DNA of 64,000 nucleotides, taken from NCBI RefSeq assembly GCF_963676685.1, contig NC_092349.1:49352001-49416000 (forward strand). The letters are read 5' to 3'. How positions within the stretch are numbered: position 1 is the stretch's first letter; each line of letters begins with the position of its first letter. The notes under the pieces are model-generated. The model did not search any database. It was not told where the DNA came from and saw nothing but the letters and a program-made list of their open reading frames with translations. Below are positions 41,101 through 52,737 of the stretch, piece by piece. The translations under genes and the position numbers were made by a program. This stretch comes from Mytilus edulis (taxonomy: Eukaryota).

Positions 41101-43491
41101 AACTCAAGGCTGGTAAAAGACTGACTGAAAAGAAAAAATTAAGCAAATTTTCTATTAGTAAAGGGGCATAACTTCAAGAAAGGTAAAAGTAAAACTTCCT
41201 ATATTCACACTTGAACTGTGTTGTAGTAATATATAGTATTGTGTATAAATTTTGTTGAGGCCAACTAAAGTTGGAGAACAAAACATTTTTGGGATAATCA
41301 GATGAACAGACAGACAAGAGTAAAACTTAATGCTCCCTCAACTAAGACAGGGCATACATTTTAAAATATGTTTTATTCATTACATAATTTAACTTTTTTG
41401 TAAAATATGAAAAATAAAAAACACCTTTCAATCTTTTTGACAAGTCAAGAACTGCACATGGAATTTTTTTTCTTAATCGGTTAGTAAGCGTAATGATCAC
41501 GATGATACTGTATCAGAATTCCAGGCTAAAAACTCTTCAACTTTGAATAATTTTATACAAAAACTTTTCTTTGTCAAAATAAAGCACTTATTGTTAGGCT
41601 CAAATTAAAATATTGTTTGTTTGCCCTTTACCGACCGACCCTATCAATTCGTTCCGCCTGAAAATCTTTTATTTGTATTTACCAGCAAGATTTTATTTTA
41701 TTTTATTTTTCGTTCCTACCAAAAATCTTATATTTGTATTTCCCGCTCAAAACTTTTTTATCGGAATCCTCGGGTTTTATCTTTACGTATAAGGTCCAGT
41801 CCATTTGGTATCACCTAAGAGCGTTTGACATTAAAACACTTGCATTTGAAGTTTCAAAGCATATGTTTGAAATCGATGTTGAACGCTTTCTGAAATCATG
41901 ATATGAAGTACGTTACTCTGTACCTTTAAACTTAAAGAGCAGGGTTCATTTATAAAAAAGTTCGTTTGATACAAAAGTATTAACGTGTGTACAAACTAAC
42001 GGACGTTGTATTCTATGTAGGGATGGCCTTTTGTGAACCGCATATCAGAATGATTATAGGTGTCATACCACCAATTACTCCCTCAAATTTAGAACGTATG
42101 TGAAAGTAGGCCTACTCGGACAAAAAAAAAGTGCATTTGATGTCATTGTTCACCTAAACTAACTAACAAATTTGCAGGAATGAAAGTTTTGTTGAAAGAG
42201 AAATATATTAAGACCATTTTGAGCCAAAATTTACCTGTCTATGAGTTTGCATTAAAAATTGAGGATTAATGCGCTCCATAGTATACTAATTTAAGATTTC
42301 CAGAAAACCAGGGATTATTTTTAGTGGTACCTCCTTTCGGAAGCTCTCTGCTTTCTTATATGATTTTGAATGTATGTTGAAAATTGGCATGCAGAAAGGT
42401 GACACCTGTACAATTCAGGATATACCTAGTTTCTATGAAGTTAAACTTAAGGTAAAATATTTAGAAAGCTGTGAAAATTGCAAAATTTGGTTGAACAGAT
42501 AGGGACTTTTAATTGGTGGTATGACACCTATAGTTGACGATGCCGCTATAATTTATTTATATCTGACATGAACCAAAAGTGACAAAACCCTGTAATGTGG
42601 AGAATATCTGGCAGTAAAATCGCCAAGTTTTCCATACAGATCATTTAAAAATGTGATGCAAAATACGTGACAATTGAGTTTTAGGTCTTATAGCATTTTT
42701 ATTGGAAACAAAGGCACACACGAAATTTGTAACACTCTAGGGACTTTTTCTACTAGTAATATATGTCTGCCCGGACATTATCTTACCAGTACAAAGTTAT
42801 CTCTTATATATTTTTTTTCAAAACTAATAGTCCCAGCGGAAAACTTATTTGCAAAAACAAAACGGACAAAAAAATGACATTATGCAGATTTTGTATCTAT
42901 AAAATAAAATATTTTACCTACCTGCCTACCCATGACAAATAATATACCGAGCCAAGTTATTTTTTTGGGAAAAAAATAAAATATTTTACCTACCTACCTA
43001 CCCTGTTTCAAAACATAGGGTCGGAAAAGGGCAAACAAACAATATTTTAATTTAGGCCTTATTCTTGATACTTTTGAATCTAAAATTAAGCTTAATGCTT
43101 TATCCTACATGTATATATATCTAACTTTATTCATAGTTCTTTAAATAAATATGTGCTAAAATCCAGTCTTAAAATACCATCGAAATGTCAGTATCTCAGA
43201 TTACCATGATTACAGAGTATTTTGCATGGATTTACTGTATACTAAACATATGCATTCCAATAAGTTTGTACTGTCTGGAATTTCACAAAGATGAGAGACA
43301 ACAAAACATCAGGTCATAGACTAATTGTATTTAGGGAGCCCTTAAGGCCCTTTTAGAAAGACTTCATGTTGAACCTGAGGTTTTTAGCCGATTTTTTCAC
43401 AACTAATTCTAATGAAACCAATGATGAGAAGCCTATATAAATTAAAATATGGACCATGTGTACCTCCATCAGCAAGCGGATTTATGTCCAT
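34724..43491 (-). CDS. Tandem ubiquitin-like-domain protein with C-terminal death domain, 5 coding exons, ~936 aa
   Basis: Exons 43491-43464 (MDINPLADG; least certain), 40946-39231, 38272-38145, 36261-35757, 35157-34724. GT-AG introns with phases 1,1,0,1, 2811 nt in frame. Confidence 0.8.
36640..37366 (+). repeat. Dispersed repeat family C, long copy (intronic)
   Basis: Homologues at 11000-11240, 13170-13325 (reverse) and 47500-47743 (reverse). Confidence 0.8.
39231..40946 (-). CDS. Large exon encoding 3 clear (possibly 4-5) ubiquitin-like beta-grasp repeats
   Basis: Examples: FTLQEYPMCSVEELKNKICKRCDIVPKQFDLLYKNKALEE and AEKLRLEESELHLVHKGFYVEKHRSYKDVNVIDGSILCL. Confidence 0.75.
41595..43040. 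mobile_element. TIR element with a nested TA-flanked MITE (42058-42529)
   Basis: Outer TIR AAATTAAAATATTGTTTGTTTGCCCTTT / AAAGGGCAAACAAACAATATTTTAATTT. Inner TIR AGGTGTCATACCACCAATTA / TAATTGGTGGTATGACACCT. Confidence 0.8.
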
Positions 43492-43752
43492 GAATAAATA
43501 TTCTAAGCATGTTCTGCATGTTCTGGATGATGTGTATTACCAAGTTTATGTTCATTTTTTTAATAATAAATATCACAAACCTATATCTGCATCAGTACTG
43601 TTATAAGATGCCATTCTGAGACCTCAATTTATGTCTTTTCATGTCTTTTAATTTCTCAATCTGTAATGAAAAAATGTATGCAATCATGACAATATTCCTG
43701 TAATAACAGACAATCACTTGTTAAATACCTATGTACATGTACTAAAAACACA

Positions 43753-44315
43753 TACCGTACATGCATTTATTCTAATTAACGCCCCGGGGGCGAAGACAAT
43801 TTCCGAAAGGGGGGCGTCAATTAGAGAAACGAATTTTGTACCTTACTTCATTGACCTTTACCATGTTTACCTGAATTTTGTTGAAATGGACTATAGTAAC
43901 ATACACGTGTTTCTTATTGTCTCCATAATCTATAAATAGCGTTTATCGGTAATGTGACCTCATCAAATAATTTGTTAAAATTTTCGAATGAACAAGCGTG
44001 CACATCAATGGAACATAATTTCAACAGCGTACTGTGTAACTGAAAGATCTATTTTTGGAACTTGTACACACTGTGTTGGAATATCGGAGTGGATTAAAAC
44101 ATGGGCATTATTGATTTTTCGTTTCATGTTTCTGAGTGACCGGGTCGATGTCTTTGCAATATTGTAAATTCTGTAATAGTTAAGTTTCAATTATTTTTTT
44201 TTAACTACAAAATGGGGGCATTTATTAGAAGTCAAAAGTTCTGAACGCACGATTTTCGGTAGGGGGGGTAATTAGAAGGGGGGCTTTAAATAGACATGAT
44301 AGAATAAATACGGTA
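43753..44315. mobile_element. pogo/Tigger-like MITE
   Basis: TA|CCGTA...TTTATTCTA and TAGAATAAATACGG|TA termini. Confidence 0.6.
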
Positions 44316-44800
44316 CAAATATTTTTCAATATTCAGTACACCTGTATAAAATTTATATTCATCATGTTCATTGTGAACAGTGAAAGCAAACTATGGAAAA
44401 ACAAGAAAATTATTAATGGTGAAAAAAGATAATGATGCATTAAAATAATGATTTTACAATTTGAATAAGGGATTTATTTTGTGAAAGGCTTCCCAGATAA
44501 AAAATCTGCAATAATGAAACAATTTTGGCAAAGATTTCTGAAATAACATCATTTTACATTTAAGCATAAAATGTTGGTTAAAAGTTCATTAGAGTCCTTG
44601 TTTGTATACTATAGATGTATCATTTGTTTTTCTGTTTTATTATTTGAAATCCCAATGTCAAATTCGAATTAAGAATTCCCTGATCTTTGAAATCCCTAGC
44701 TTAAAAACACCCATTCCCCATGTCCCAAAAAATGTCCTGCACCCTCTTTATACTAACCATGATAACAGGTTAAGCTCATCTTCATGTCGATTAGTCATGT

Positions 44801-45631
44801 TAGTCCGAGATTACTCTGACGTCCAACGGCTGTTTTGCCAGACAAGCTAGAGCCGTGGGACGTCAGAGCTCGTCCCATATCAAAAAGTGGATATTTGCCC
44901 ACCCAAAATAGATGCGCTGCTTCGTCGCTTCTGAGGCCGACTGACGGCCTTGGAATTATATAAATCGTGCATCAATCTATTCATTTTTCATTTATCTCTT
45001 CATTTATGTAAGTTTCACCTACCTGCGAACCTTTATTTTTCCATATTTTAACAGTGTTCACAGTGACCCATCGATTTCGACATTTTGACTTTCACTTTCA
45101 AAGATAATCACGTGACCATGAGAAAACAGTGATGATTTATGCAAATGACCATAATGTAACACCTCCTTCATTTACGATGCAAGTTATCTAAATGTCCGAG
45201 AGCTTCCGATTGTAACGTGGTCGGAACTAAATGTTAAAAACATTGATCTCCTATAAAGGAGGTGAAAAAATATAAATATTTTCATATTTTGAGTCTCGAG
45301 ACCACGAACTCTCTCGTAACTTGACGTCCATTTGAAAGTGAAAGTCAAAATGCCAAATTGATGGGTCACTGTGAAAACTGTTAAAATATGGAAAAATAAA
45401 GGTTCGCAGGTAGGTGAAACTTACATAAATGAAGAGATAAATGAAAAATGAATAGATTGATGCCCGATTTATATAATTCCAAGGCCGTCAGTCGGCCTCA
45501 GAAGCGACGAAGCAGCGCATCTATTTTGGGTGGGCAAATATCCACTTTTTGATATGGGACAAGCTCTGGTGACCCACGGCCCCAGCTTGTCTGGCAAAAC
45601 AGCCGTTGGACGTCAGAGTTATCTCGGACTA
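44801..45631. mobile_element. Non-autonomous element with ~300-bp near-perfect TIRs (TAG termini, Academ-like)
   Basis: TAGTCCGAGAT...ATCTCGGACTA. Arms ~44801-45100 and ~45332-45631 are reverse complements, with CATGT on both flanks. Confidence 0.8.
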
Positions 45632-46399
45632 CATGTCGATGTGTACATACAGAATAAACGAAGGACAAACTTGGCACCCTTAGACATGTTAGAAGGTTGT
45701 GATAAAACTAATATTTTAAGATAGGACTTCATTTAATCAAAATGCTTTTAACACCATTAAAACAAAATTTACAATAATTTGTGCTATAAATCATATTCAA
45801 TTTCCAATTATATCATGTATATTATCTATTGGCCCCACAAGATTTATCTTATCGCCGGCTATTATTCATTTTTTATACCTAGATATACATACATAAATGT
45901 CGGCTAAAAGGTCTACAGAGTTTATGTTCCATTTTTATATACCTTTAAACCTGAGCATCTGAGAATAGTGTGAGTTTAAACCATAATAATAATCAGGTTC
46001 AGCTGTTCAGACCGTGCCATTCCAATAAAAACAGCTGATTGCTAATTTTTCCCTATTCTAACTCTGATACTATTTATTCTTTTAAATTCTAACCAGTGCA
46101 TACATTTTTTAATAACACATTTTTAAAAATAGACAAATTTTTAAATGCGGTGACCCTGCAAATAGGGTGGACTTCCTGTATATATACATGTACGTATAAA
46201 CATGATAAACATCAACATTTTCCATGTGTACATGTATGTATACAGAATAAACGAATGACAAACTTGACAACCTAATGAGATGGAGAAAAACTCAGATTCT
46301 AAGAGAGAAATTCATTCAAATCGCTACAAAAATAACTTTCAACACCATTTGCAACACGATTTACCCAAAACTTGAAAAGAAATTCGTCACAAAACAGAA

Positions 46400-46455
46400 C
46401 ACTTGTTGATTTCCGGATTAAGGGCGTGGGTAATCATAGACCAATACCGGAAGCA
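46400..46455. promoter_or_regulatory. Candidate promoter of the UBL-death-domain gene
   Basis: Cluster of TTCCGG/CCGGAAG (ETS), GGGCGTGG (GC box) and CCAAT in AT-rich context upstream of the minus-strand gene. Confidence 0.35.
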
Positions 46456-47799
46456 ATTCTGTAAGAATTGACGGATAGTTTTTATTAGAATATTTGAGGG
46501 TCTGTATGGTCCGTGTAACACTTATCAATTTAAAGTTTTAAAAAGTTTTGAAACTTTAGATTTTTGGAATTTTGATCAAAGTTTTAAAATATCAAAATTT
46601 CAAATTGTGTATAGGTTTTGAAATTTTGAAATTTTACCCAAATTATTAAAATATTAAAATTCTAAATATCGTTTATAAATTTGATAGTTTAGGAATTTGG
46701 TCAAACTTTTAAAATACTAAACCCAACGTGCAATTTTGATTATTTCACTTTTTGAAAGTTTGATTTTTTAAATTTTTGATTAAAATATCAAAAATAGAAA
46801 AGGGGCGAAAAGAGGGGTATCTGTAAACACTGATGTTAACACGGCTCTGATAACAATCATTCATAGTTATAAGTAAATAGCACGACATATATCAAATCAT
46901 TTTTAATTACAAAATAAATAATGGAAAGAAGAAGCCTGTTTTTTATGATGACATGATATATATAAAACATATTAGACATCGCATGGGATAACAGTATTCT
47001 GAAATTTTAAGGTTGTGCATCTATCAAAAATAATTTGTTAAACCTATTTAAACCGGAATTAAATAAGTTGATTTAAATCTTTTATATAAGGTTAGCGTTG
47101 AGATAATAATTCAGAGCTATTTGGTGTTCCAAGTGCCCAAACATTTAGAAGTAACAGTGAAAACTGACCAACTCGCAGTAAACCAAATAGTATTATTCGC
47201 CTTTTTGACGTTCATGATGAAGGAAGAGCCAGAAAAAGCGCTTTGGTCGCATGCATGCAATTTTAAACGTTTTTTTTTGGGTTTTGTTTATCGATTGCAT
47301 GACGATAATATATTGCCTTTTATGATTTATTTCAGTTCCAAGAAATAACACGGAAGGAATACTTAATGTATGGCGTCGCAATGAACGTTGAGCTAGGCGC
47401 GCTTCGATCAGCTGGCCCCTAGACAAAAAAGTGTACTGGTTTGACACAGTGATTATAGACGTCATACTAAACTTCGAAATATAACAATGAACTAAAATTA
47501 AAATCACACAAGACTTAAAAGGACAGAGGCTCCTGAATTGGGACAGGCGCACAAATGCGACGGGGTTAAACATGTTTCGTGAGATCAAAACCCTCCTCTA
47601 TACCTCTAGCCAATAAAGAATGAAAAACACACAGTAATACGAACAGTAGAACGCACTTGAAAAGGAATTCAAGTCCTATGTCAGAATAGGAAACAAACGA
47701 AACTAATCAAAATGACAATGATAATAAATTAACAAAGGACTACAGTAGTAGGGTGTGTGGAGTTTTAGGCACCCCAAAAACGCAGGGCGCGAGGGCGCA

Positions 47800-48095
47800 G
47801 CCAAATATGGCCAAGCCCCGCCCCTTTATCGAAACGTCCCCTCCGGTTGACCAAATATGGTCAGCTGACTAGGACGACACAACATGACTCATAAGTCCAT
47901 CGTTCGTAATTACGCTCAGTTGAAATGACTCATATCCACAAATAAGGTAAGAACGTTACAATATGACTCGTCGTCAGACGTGACTCATGTTGATCGGGGA
48001 TGATTCAAAAACGGAAGGGTGATATCCATATACGGACATGTATCGAATCGACCAATGGCAAGGACGGAACGAAAGTATAAAACGACCCCGCCCCC
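47800..48095 (+). promoter_or_regulatory. Left-end promoter/enhancer of the PC4-like gene
   Basis: CArG CCAAATATGG at 47801 and 47851; AP-1 TGACTCA at 47885, 47926 and 47981; GC boxes CCCCGCCCC; CCAAT ~48052; TATAAAA ~48076. Confidence 0.65.
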
Positions 48096-48128
48096 CCTCA
48101 TCCTAGGTTCATTCACAAGTCAGTAGAG

Positions 48129-48638
48129 ATGGAGAGCGCACGTTGTAACTTAGAGTTGGGCAATAATAGATTTGTCCAGGCCACCGAATGGAAAGGAGAA
48201 ATAAGAATCGACGTGCGAGAATGGGAGATGAAAGACGGAAAGTTGAAACCCACGAAAAAAGGACTCAGCCTTCCCCTGTCCAGATGGAAGCTTCTCGTCG
48301 ACAGTTTTGATATGGTGGACCAAGCTCTTGAAGAAAACAAAGAGTATTTGACACATCTCGGGAGAAATATGTACTGTAGCGTAAAAGCTTCCGGAATATG
48401 TGTCGATCTGAGACAGCACTTTTTGCCATCACAACAAACCGACGTGGTACCCACACGAAAAGGGATAACCCTAAGACCATCCGAATACGCCAAATTAAAA
48501 AACGTGGCTAGTGTAATTGGAGACTTTGTGCCAGAACTGTGTTCCATCGTCCCGTGTCCATATAGTTCAGACCATCAAAACCAGCTGGGATTTTTAACAT
48601 GTTCGGAGTGCAATCCAAACCACTACACGGAATGGTGA
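48129..48638 (+). CDS. Tandem PC4/Sub1-like ssDNA-binding protein with C-terminal Cys/His motif
   Basis: Two PC4 signatures, EWKGEIRIDVREW..KPTKKGLSL..W and VDLRQHF..PTRKGITL..Y, plus the tail C..HQNQLG..CSEC. Confidence 0.8.
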   Translation: MESARCNLELGNNRFVQATEWKGEIRIDVREWEMKDGKLKPTKKGLSLPLSRWKLLVDSFDMVDQALEENKEYLTHLGRNMYCSVKASGICVDLRQHFLPSQQTDVVPTRKGITLRPSEYAKLKNVASVIGDFVPELCSIVPCPYSSDHQNQLGFLTCSECNPNHYTEW

Positions 48639-48819
48639 TTGTGACAGTGATAATGACATGCTTTTTTTTTTTCAAATTTAAATGCAAAGACAGAACTGGA
48701 TATTTATGTTATATATATTTATTGGTTTTATTAAATATGTAAACTTTTGATTTACCCTGTTTCTTTCACAAATTCTCAAGAAGAATTTTTACCGTTTGTG
48801 CATTGAAAAAGGGAAAATA

Positions 48820-49215
48820 TGAATGGAAATTCAAGAAGTATTTCTTCTGATCTCATTCGGCTATTAATAATATATTTTTAATTTAAAAAGTCAGAAAAAG
48901 TACTTTTCGAATTTTCAATCATGTGTTTCACCCAAGATGACCTGAAACACACGAAAAACTGTAACATTTTTCTCTCAGACCTATCAAACATATGCTCATC
49001 TGATTTTATCAATGAAGACTCGATGCACATGAACTTAGATTTTCCAGAAGTATATTTTCCCGTTTGCAAGAATGGAAATTCAAGAAGTATTTTTTCTGAG
49101 TGCTCACTTTTAACCATAATACGTGTATATATATTTTAATTCAAAATAATCAGAAAAAGTTCTTCTCGAATTTTCAATCATGTCTGTTTGACCCTAGATG
49201 ACTTGATACACACGA
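48820..49215. repeat. Diverged ~135-bp direct repeat inside the Polinton
   Basis: AATGGAAATTCAAGAAGTATT...CGAATTTTCAATCATGT...GATGAC...CACACGA at ~48822 and ~49071. Confidence 0.75.
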
Positions 49216-49588
49216 TGAAAATCACAGCTATACTAAGATAATTGATTAAGAACAACAACTTTCCACACACTTATCAAAGAAATGCCAGACTGTGTTGATT
49301 TTAGATTCAGATAAACAGCTGATCAATTATCTATTTTGATTTTATGAATGGTGCTGGTTTTGTTTACTCCAAATCTAGTGAATTATTTGTTGATAAGTTT
49401 ACTGTCAATGTAAACGTTTTCTGTTGCCTTTTTAACAAACGAATATTCTGGCAATAAGCTATATAGCCAAACCAACCTCCCATTACATAATTTGACCAAA
49501 TAATTTCAAGATTTCTTCGTTACGAAGAACTTGTTAGAACATATTCCTATTTTGACCAACACGTTGTCATTCCCAACAAAGGCAATTA

Positions 49589-49935
49589 TGACTCATTACA
49601 TATATAGACGTATGGATGGTGCTCATTGTTTTTTCATGGTCATCGCATGACTTAATCGATATCGATTCATCTCTCCTTATATGACCAGATACAATTCACC
49701 CATTTCTGACTCATTTCTTAATATAGACCCGTGGAAGACTCATTGTTTTGTCATGGTCATCGCGTGACTCATTCGATATCGATTCATCTCTCATTATATG
49801 ACCAGATTCATTTCGCCTACTTCTGACTCATTTCTTAATATAGATCCGTGGCTGACTCATTGATTTTACATGTTCATCGTGTGACTCAATCTCTCCTTAT
49901 ATGGTCAGATACCTTCCGCCGTACATATATAAGGC
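49589..49935 (+). promoter_or_regulatory. Tandem ~118-bp x3 enhancer array and TATA upstream of the ZnF-PolB gene
   Basis: Units start at 49589, 49707 and 49824. Six perfect TGACTCA, CArG CCTTATATGG at 49895, TATATAAG ~49926. Confidence 0.7.
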
Positions 49936-50034
49936 AACCCATCGAAAACGACGAATTATACAATTTCGACCAATTTCAATGTGACATCGGGGGGTATATA
50001 TGAACAATACGTGAATATCAATTTCATTTTCACA

Positions 50035-50358
50035 ATGGATTTGAAGTGCGATGTATGTTCCAAAACATTTTTAAGACCATCCGATCTAAAAAGGCACCAA
50101 AATTCTGTACATGGAACTCATTCATTTTCGTGTGACAAATGTGAGAAGAAGTTCACTAGAAAAGACAAATTTCTAGAACATAATAGAAAATGTACCATAA
50201 TTTGTAAATATTGTGACAGTAATTTTGAACACCAACGAGATTTTAACGAACATGATCATTTACTCCATACGGACAAAAAATATATGTGCAACAAATGTGA
50301 GAAGAAATATTCGAATAAAAGAGAATTAAAGAATCACCGAGACAAATGTTTACAATCT
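50035..50358 (+). CDS. C2H2/C2HC zinc-finger array exon; predicted exon 1 of the PolB gene
   Basis: MDLKCDVCSKTF..L.RH...H plus three further fingers, ending at a phase-0 donor TCT|GTAAGT. Confidence 0.8.
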
Positions 50359-51011
50359 GTAAGTATATCTTTCTTTTTCCGTGTCACAATACATATATCA
50401 TGACAGATTCATACAAAAGTAATCTTTTCATTTGCGTAAACACTAATTAAAACTAACAAAAATTATTATAGATAATTATAAATGATATCAATTTCAAAGT
50501 AACATTCTCAAATCAAAATCGAGCGAACAGAAAATACAGAAAACAGAATGATATTGAACAATATGTGCAACGCAATTAATAAATTATCAGTTTTATTGAA
50601 ATTAATCATTTTAGTCTCGATGTACTACACTTGTTTTCCCTGTTGTATCTCGAAATAATCGAATCAGTTAATTTATTTGTTGATATAAAGAGAAAATAAT
50701 TTCTACCATTTTTTCAAGAATTGTGAATACGTTTCGAAATATTTTGAACATTGATTAATTTAATTTAAGAATAGTGGAGGATAAATCGAAATTGCAATAC
50801 AAAAATAAAATCAGACGTGAATCATTATTATTTCAGATTAAAGATATCTGAAAATAATTTCGCTTTTCTCTTTTCTGTTTAAAATGAACTGAGTGATTTA
50901 CTTTTGTACGAATCTGTTATGAAATCTAACAAACCTTGACAGTTATATAATGTATATTCCATAGATAATAAATCCAGTGTAAAGAATTAAATCATCACAT
51001 TTTCACAATAT

Positions 51012-51789
51012 TTATTTATTTTTTTTAGGCCTGAGGTATACCACCTCAGGTCTTACATATTTTTTGTTTTTTCTTGTCTCTCTTTTCAATTCCCTTATCA
51101 GGGAATTGGCCCTGTCCTGGAGCGCAAGATGTGCACTCCACAACTCATCCACTTCCGGATGTCTCCAGTGAATTGTCTGAAAAAAAAATAAAAAATCTAT
51201 AAATATGACTCCTAAAACAGGGGTATGAGGAAATACGTCTCAAAGGGTCTTTTACGTTTTTAGATATCAGTCATTGGTTGAAAAATATTCAGTTTCTTCT
51301 AAATCAATGACCAATAATTGTATACCTATTTTGTCAGTTTTGTTTGGACTTATTCTGCTCGATTATGGATTTGATTGGTGTTCGGTAATTTTGTTATTAA
51401 CCTTATTTAACATGTAGAACAATAACTCTCTAGGTTTTTTTTTTTGTTTGTTTTTTTTTTTTTTTTGGAGTTAAAAAAAAAATGAAATAAAAAAAATAAT
51501 AGCTACTCACTGCTTCATCATTTACACTCTCCCCTATGGACGATGGGGTTTCTCTCGTCCACAGCCTTCTCCTCAGATCAGTATTAGTCTGAAATAAATT
51601 AAATAATAATAATAATAAACGAAAAGTTATTGTGTAAATGAATATGAGATTATATCACATGATGTAAAATTGAAATAGAGAGTAACCGTAACCGTAGTAT
51701 ATTGCATTCATTCATCATTCAGGTGTAAAGATAAAATTGAAACTCACCCATTCCTCATTCGGAGTACTTGATGTAGGGTTAAACGACAT
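51012..51789 (-). CDS. Nested antisense 3-exon gene in the PolB intron; 94-aa basic-tailed protein of unknown function
   Basis: Exons 51789-51748, 51588-51511, 51176-51012. Both donors are GTGAGT, both acceptors are polyT-TTCAG, both introns are phase 0, and the stop overlaps AATAAA. Confidence 0.72.
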
Positions 51790-52280
51790 TTCTCTTCAAT
51801 GGCTAGGATGCGAATGAAGAGGACAAAGGAACTTTCTTTCTATCGACTTTCAACTCTTGTTTATTCTCAAAGCTAATTTCTTTAATTGCGACAGTCATAC
51901 CTTCATTTGATGTACAGAACTGGTGTATTTGGTACAAACCTTTCCTTCGTTTATCGTATAAATATCTATGTTCCAATGTATGTCCTTCTAGCAGACGTAC
52001 TCATGTCTGGCGACATCAAGCTTCATTCTTTGTCCAAACATCCAGACAAGAGTTGTACTTAAATTATCGATATATATATAGATTAAGATTATTGTTTAAC
52101 CTCGAGATAAACACGGGGATCGAAAATGAAACTGACACACCCGAATTACTATATAATGATTGAAACATAGTGATTCGTTATTTCATATGTAACCATCAAT
52201 ATGGATATATTAGTATACGTACTTATATTCACGGAAAGTAAATGAAAGAATATATGAAAAAAAGATAATAATGTGGTAAT

Positions 52281-52316
<36 letters not shown>

Positions 52317-52737
52317 TATTTCGGATTTTTTTTATAATGCCTTGTATGTGGAAATAGATCTTTAAATTTTTTAAAAGATTGAAATTGATTTCATCAAGAT
52401 TGAAGCTAATAATATGGTATATAAAAATAGTCACATGTAATCACTGGTACTTAGATGTTTATCTCAATAAGATATATTTATTTGATTGTATTAATTATAT
52501 TCTCTTTAAACATTATTAAAAACACATGTCCAAGTAATGAAGCAAGAGGTGAAATCAAATTATCAATGTATTGAACAGATTGTGGAAAGAGAGCTAACTC
52601 TGTCTTAACTCCACAATAAAATATAGGAAAACACTACTTGTCTCCCATGTGCGTAAAAATCAAAGTACTTAGAGCACTGACATAAACTGAGGGAAAAAGA
52701 ATCAATGGATCAATAATATCATCATCTTTTTTTTCAG

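Noticed and set aside
51800-52045. Broken minus-strand reading frame (MKLDVARH.. / LEGHTLEHRYLYDKRRKG..)
   Set aside because: It has an early stop or frameshift and overlaps a plausible 5'-UTR intron, so it cannot be supported as a gene.
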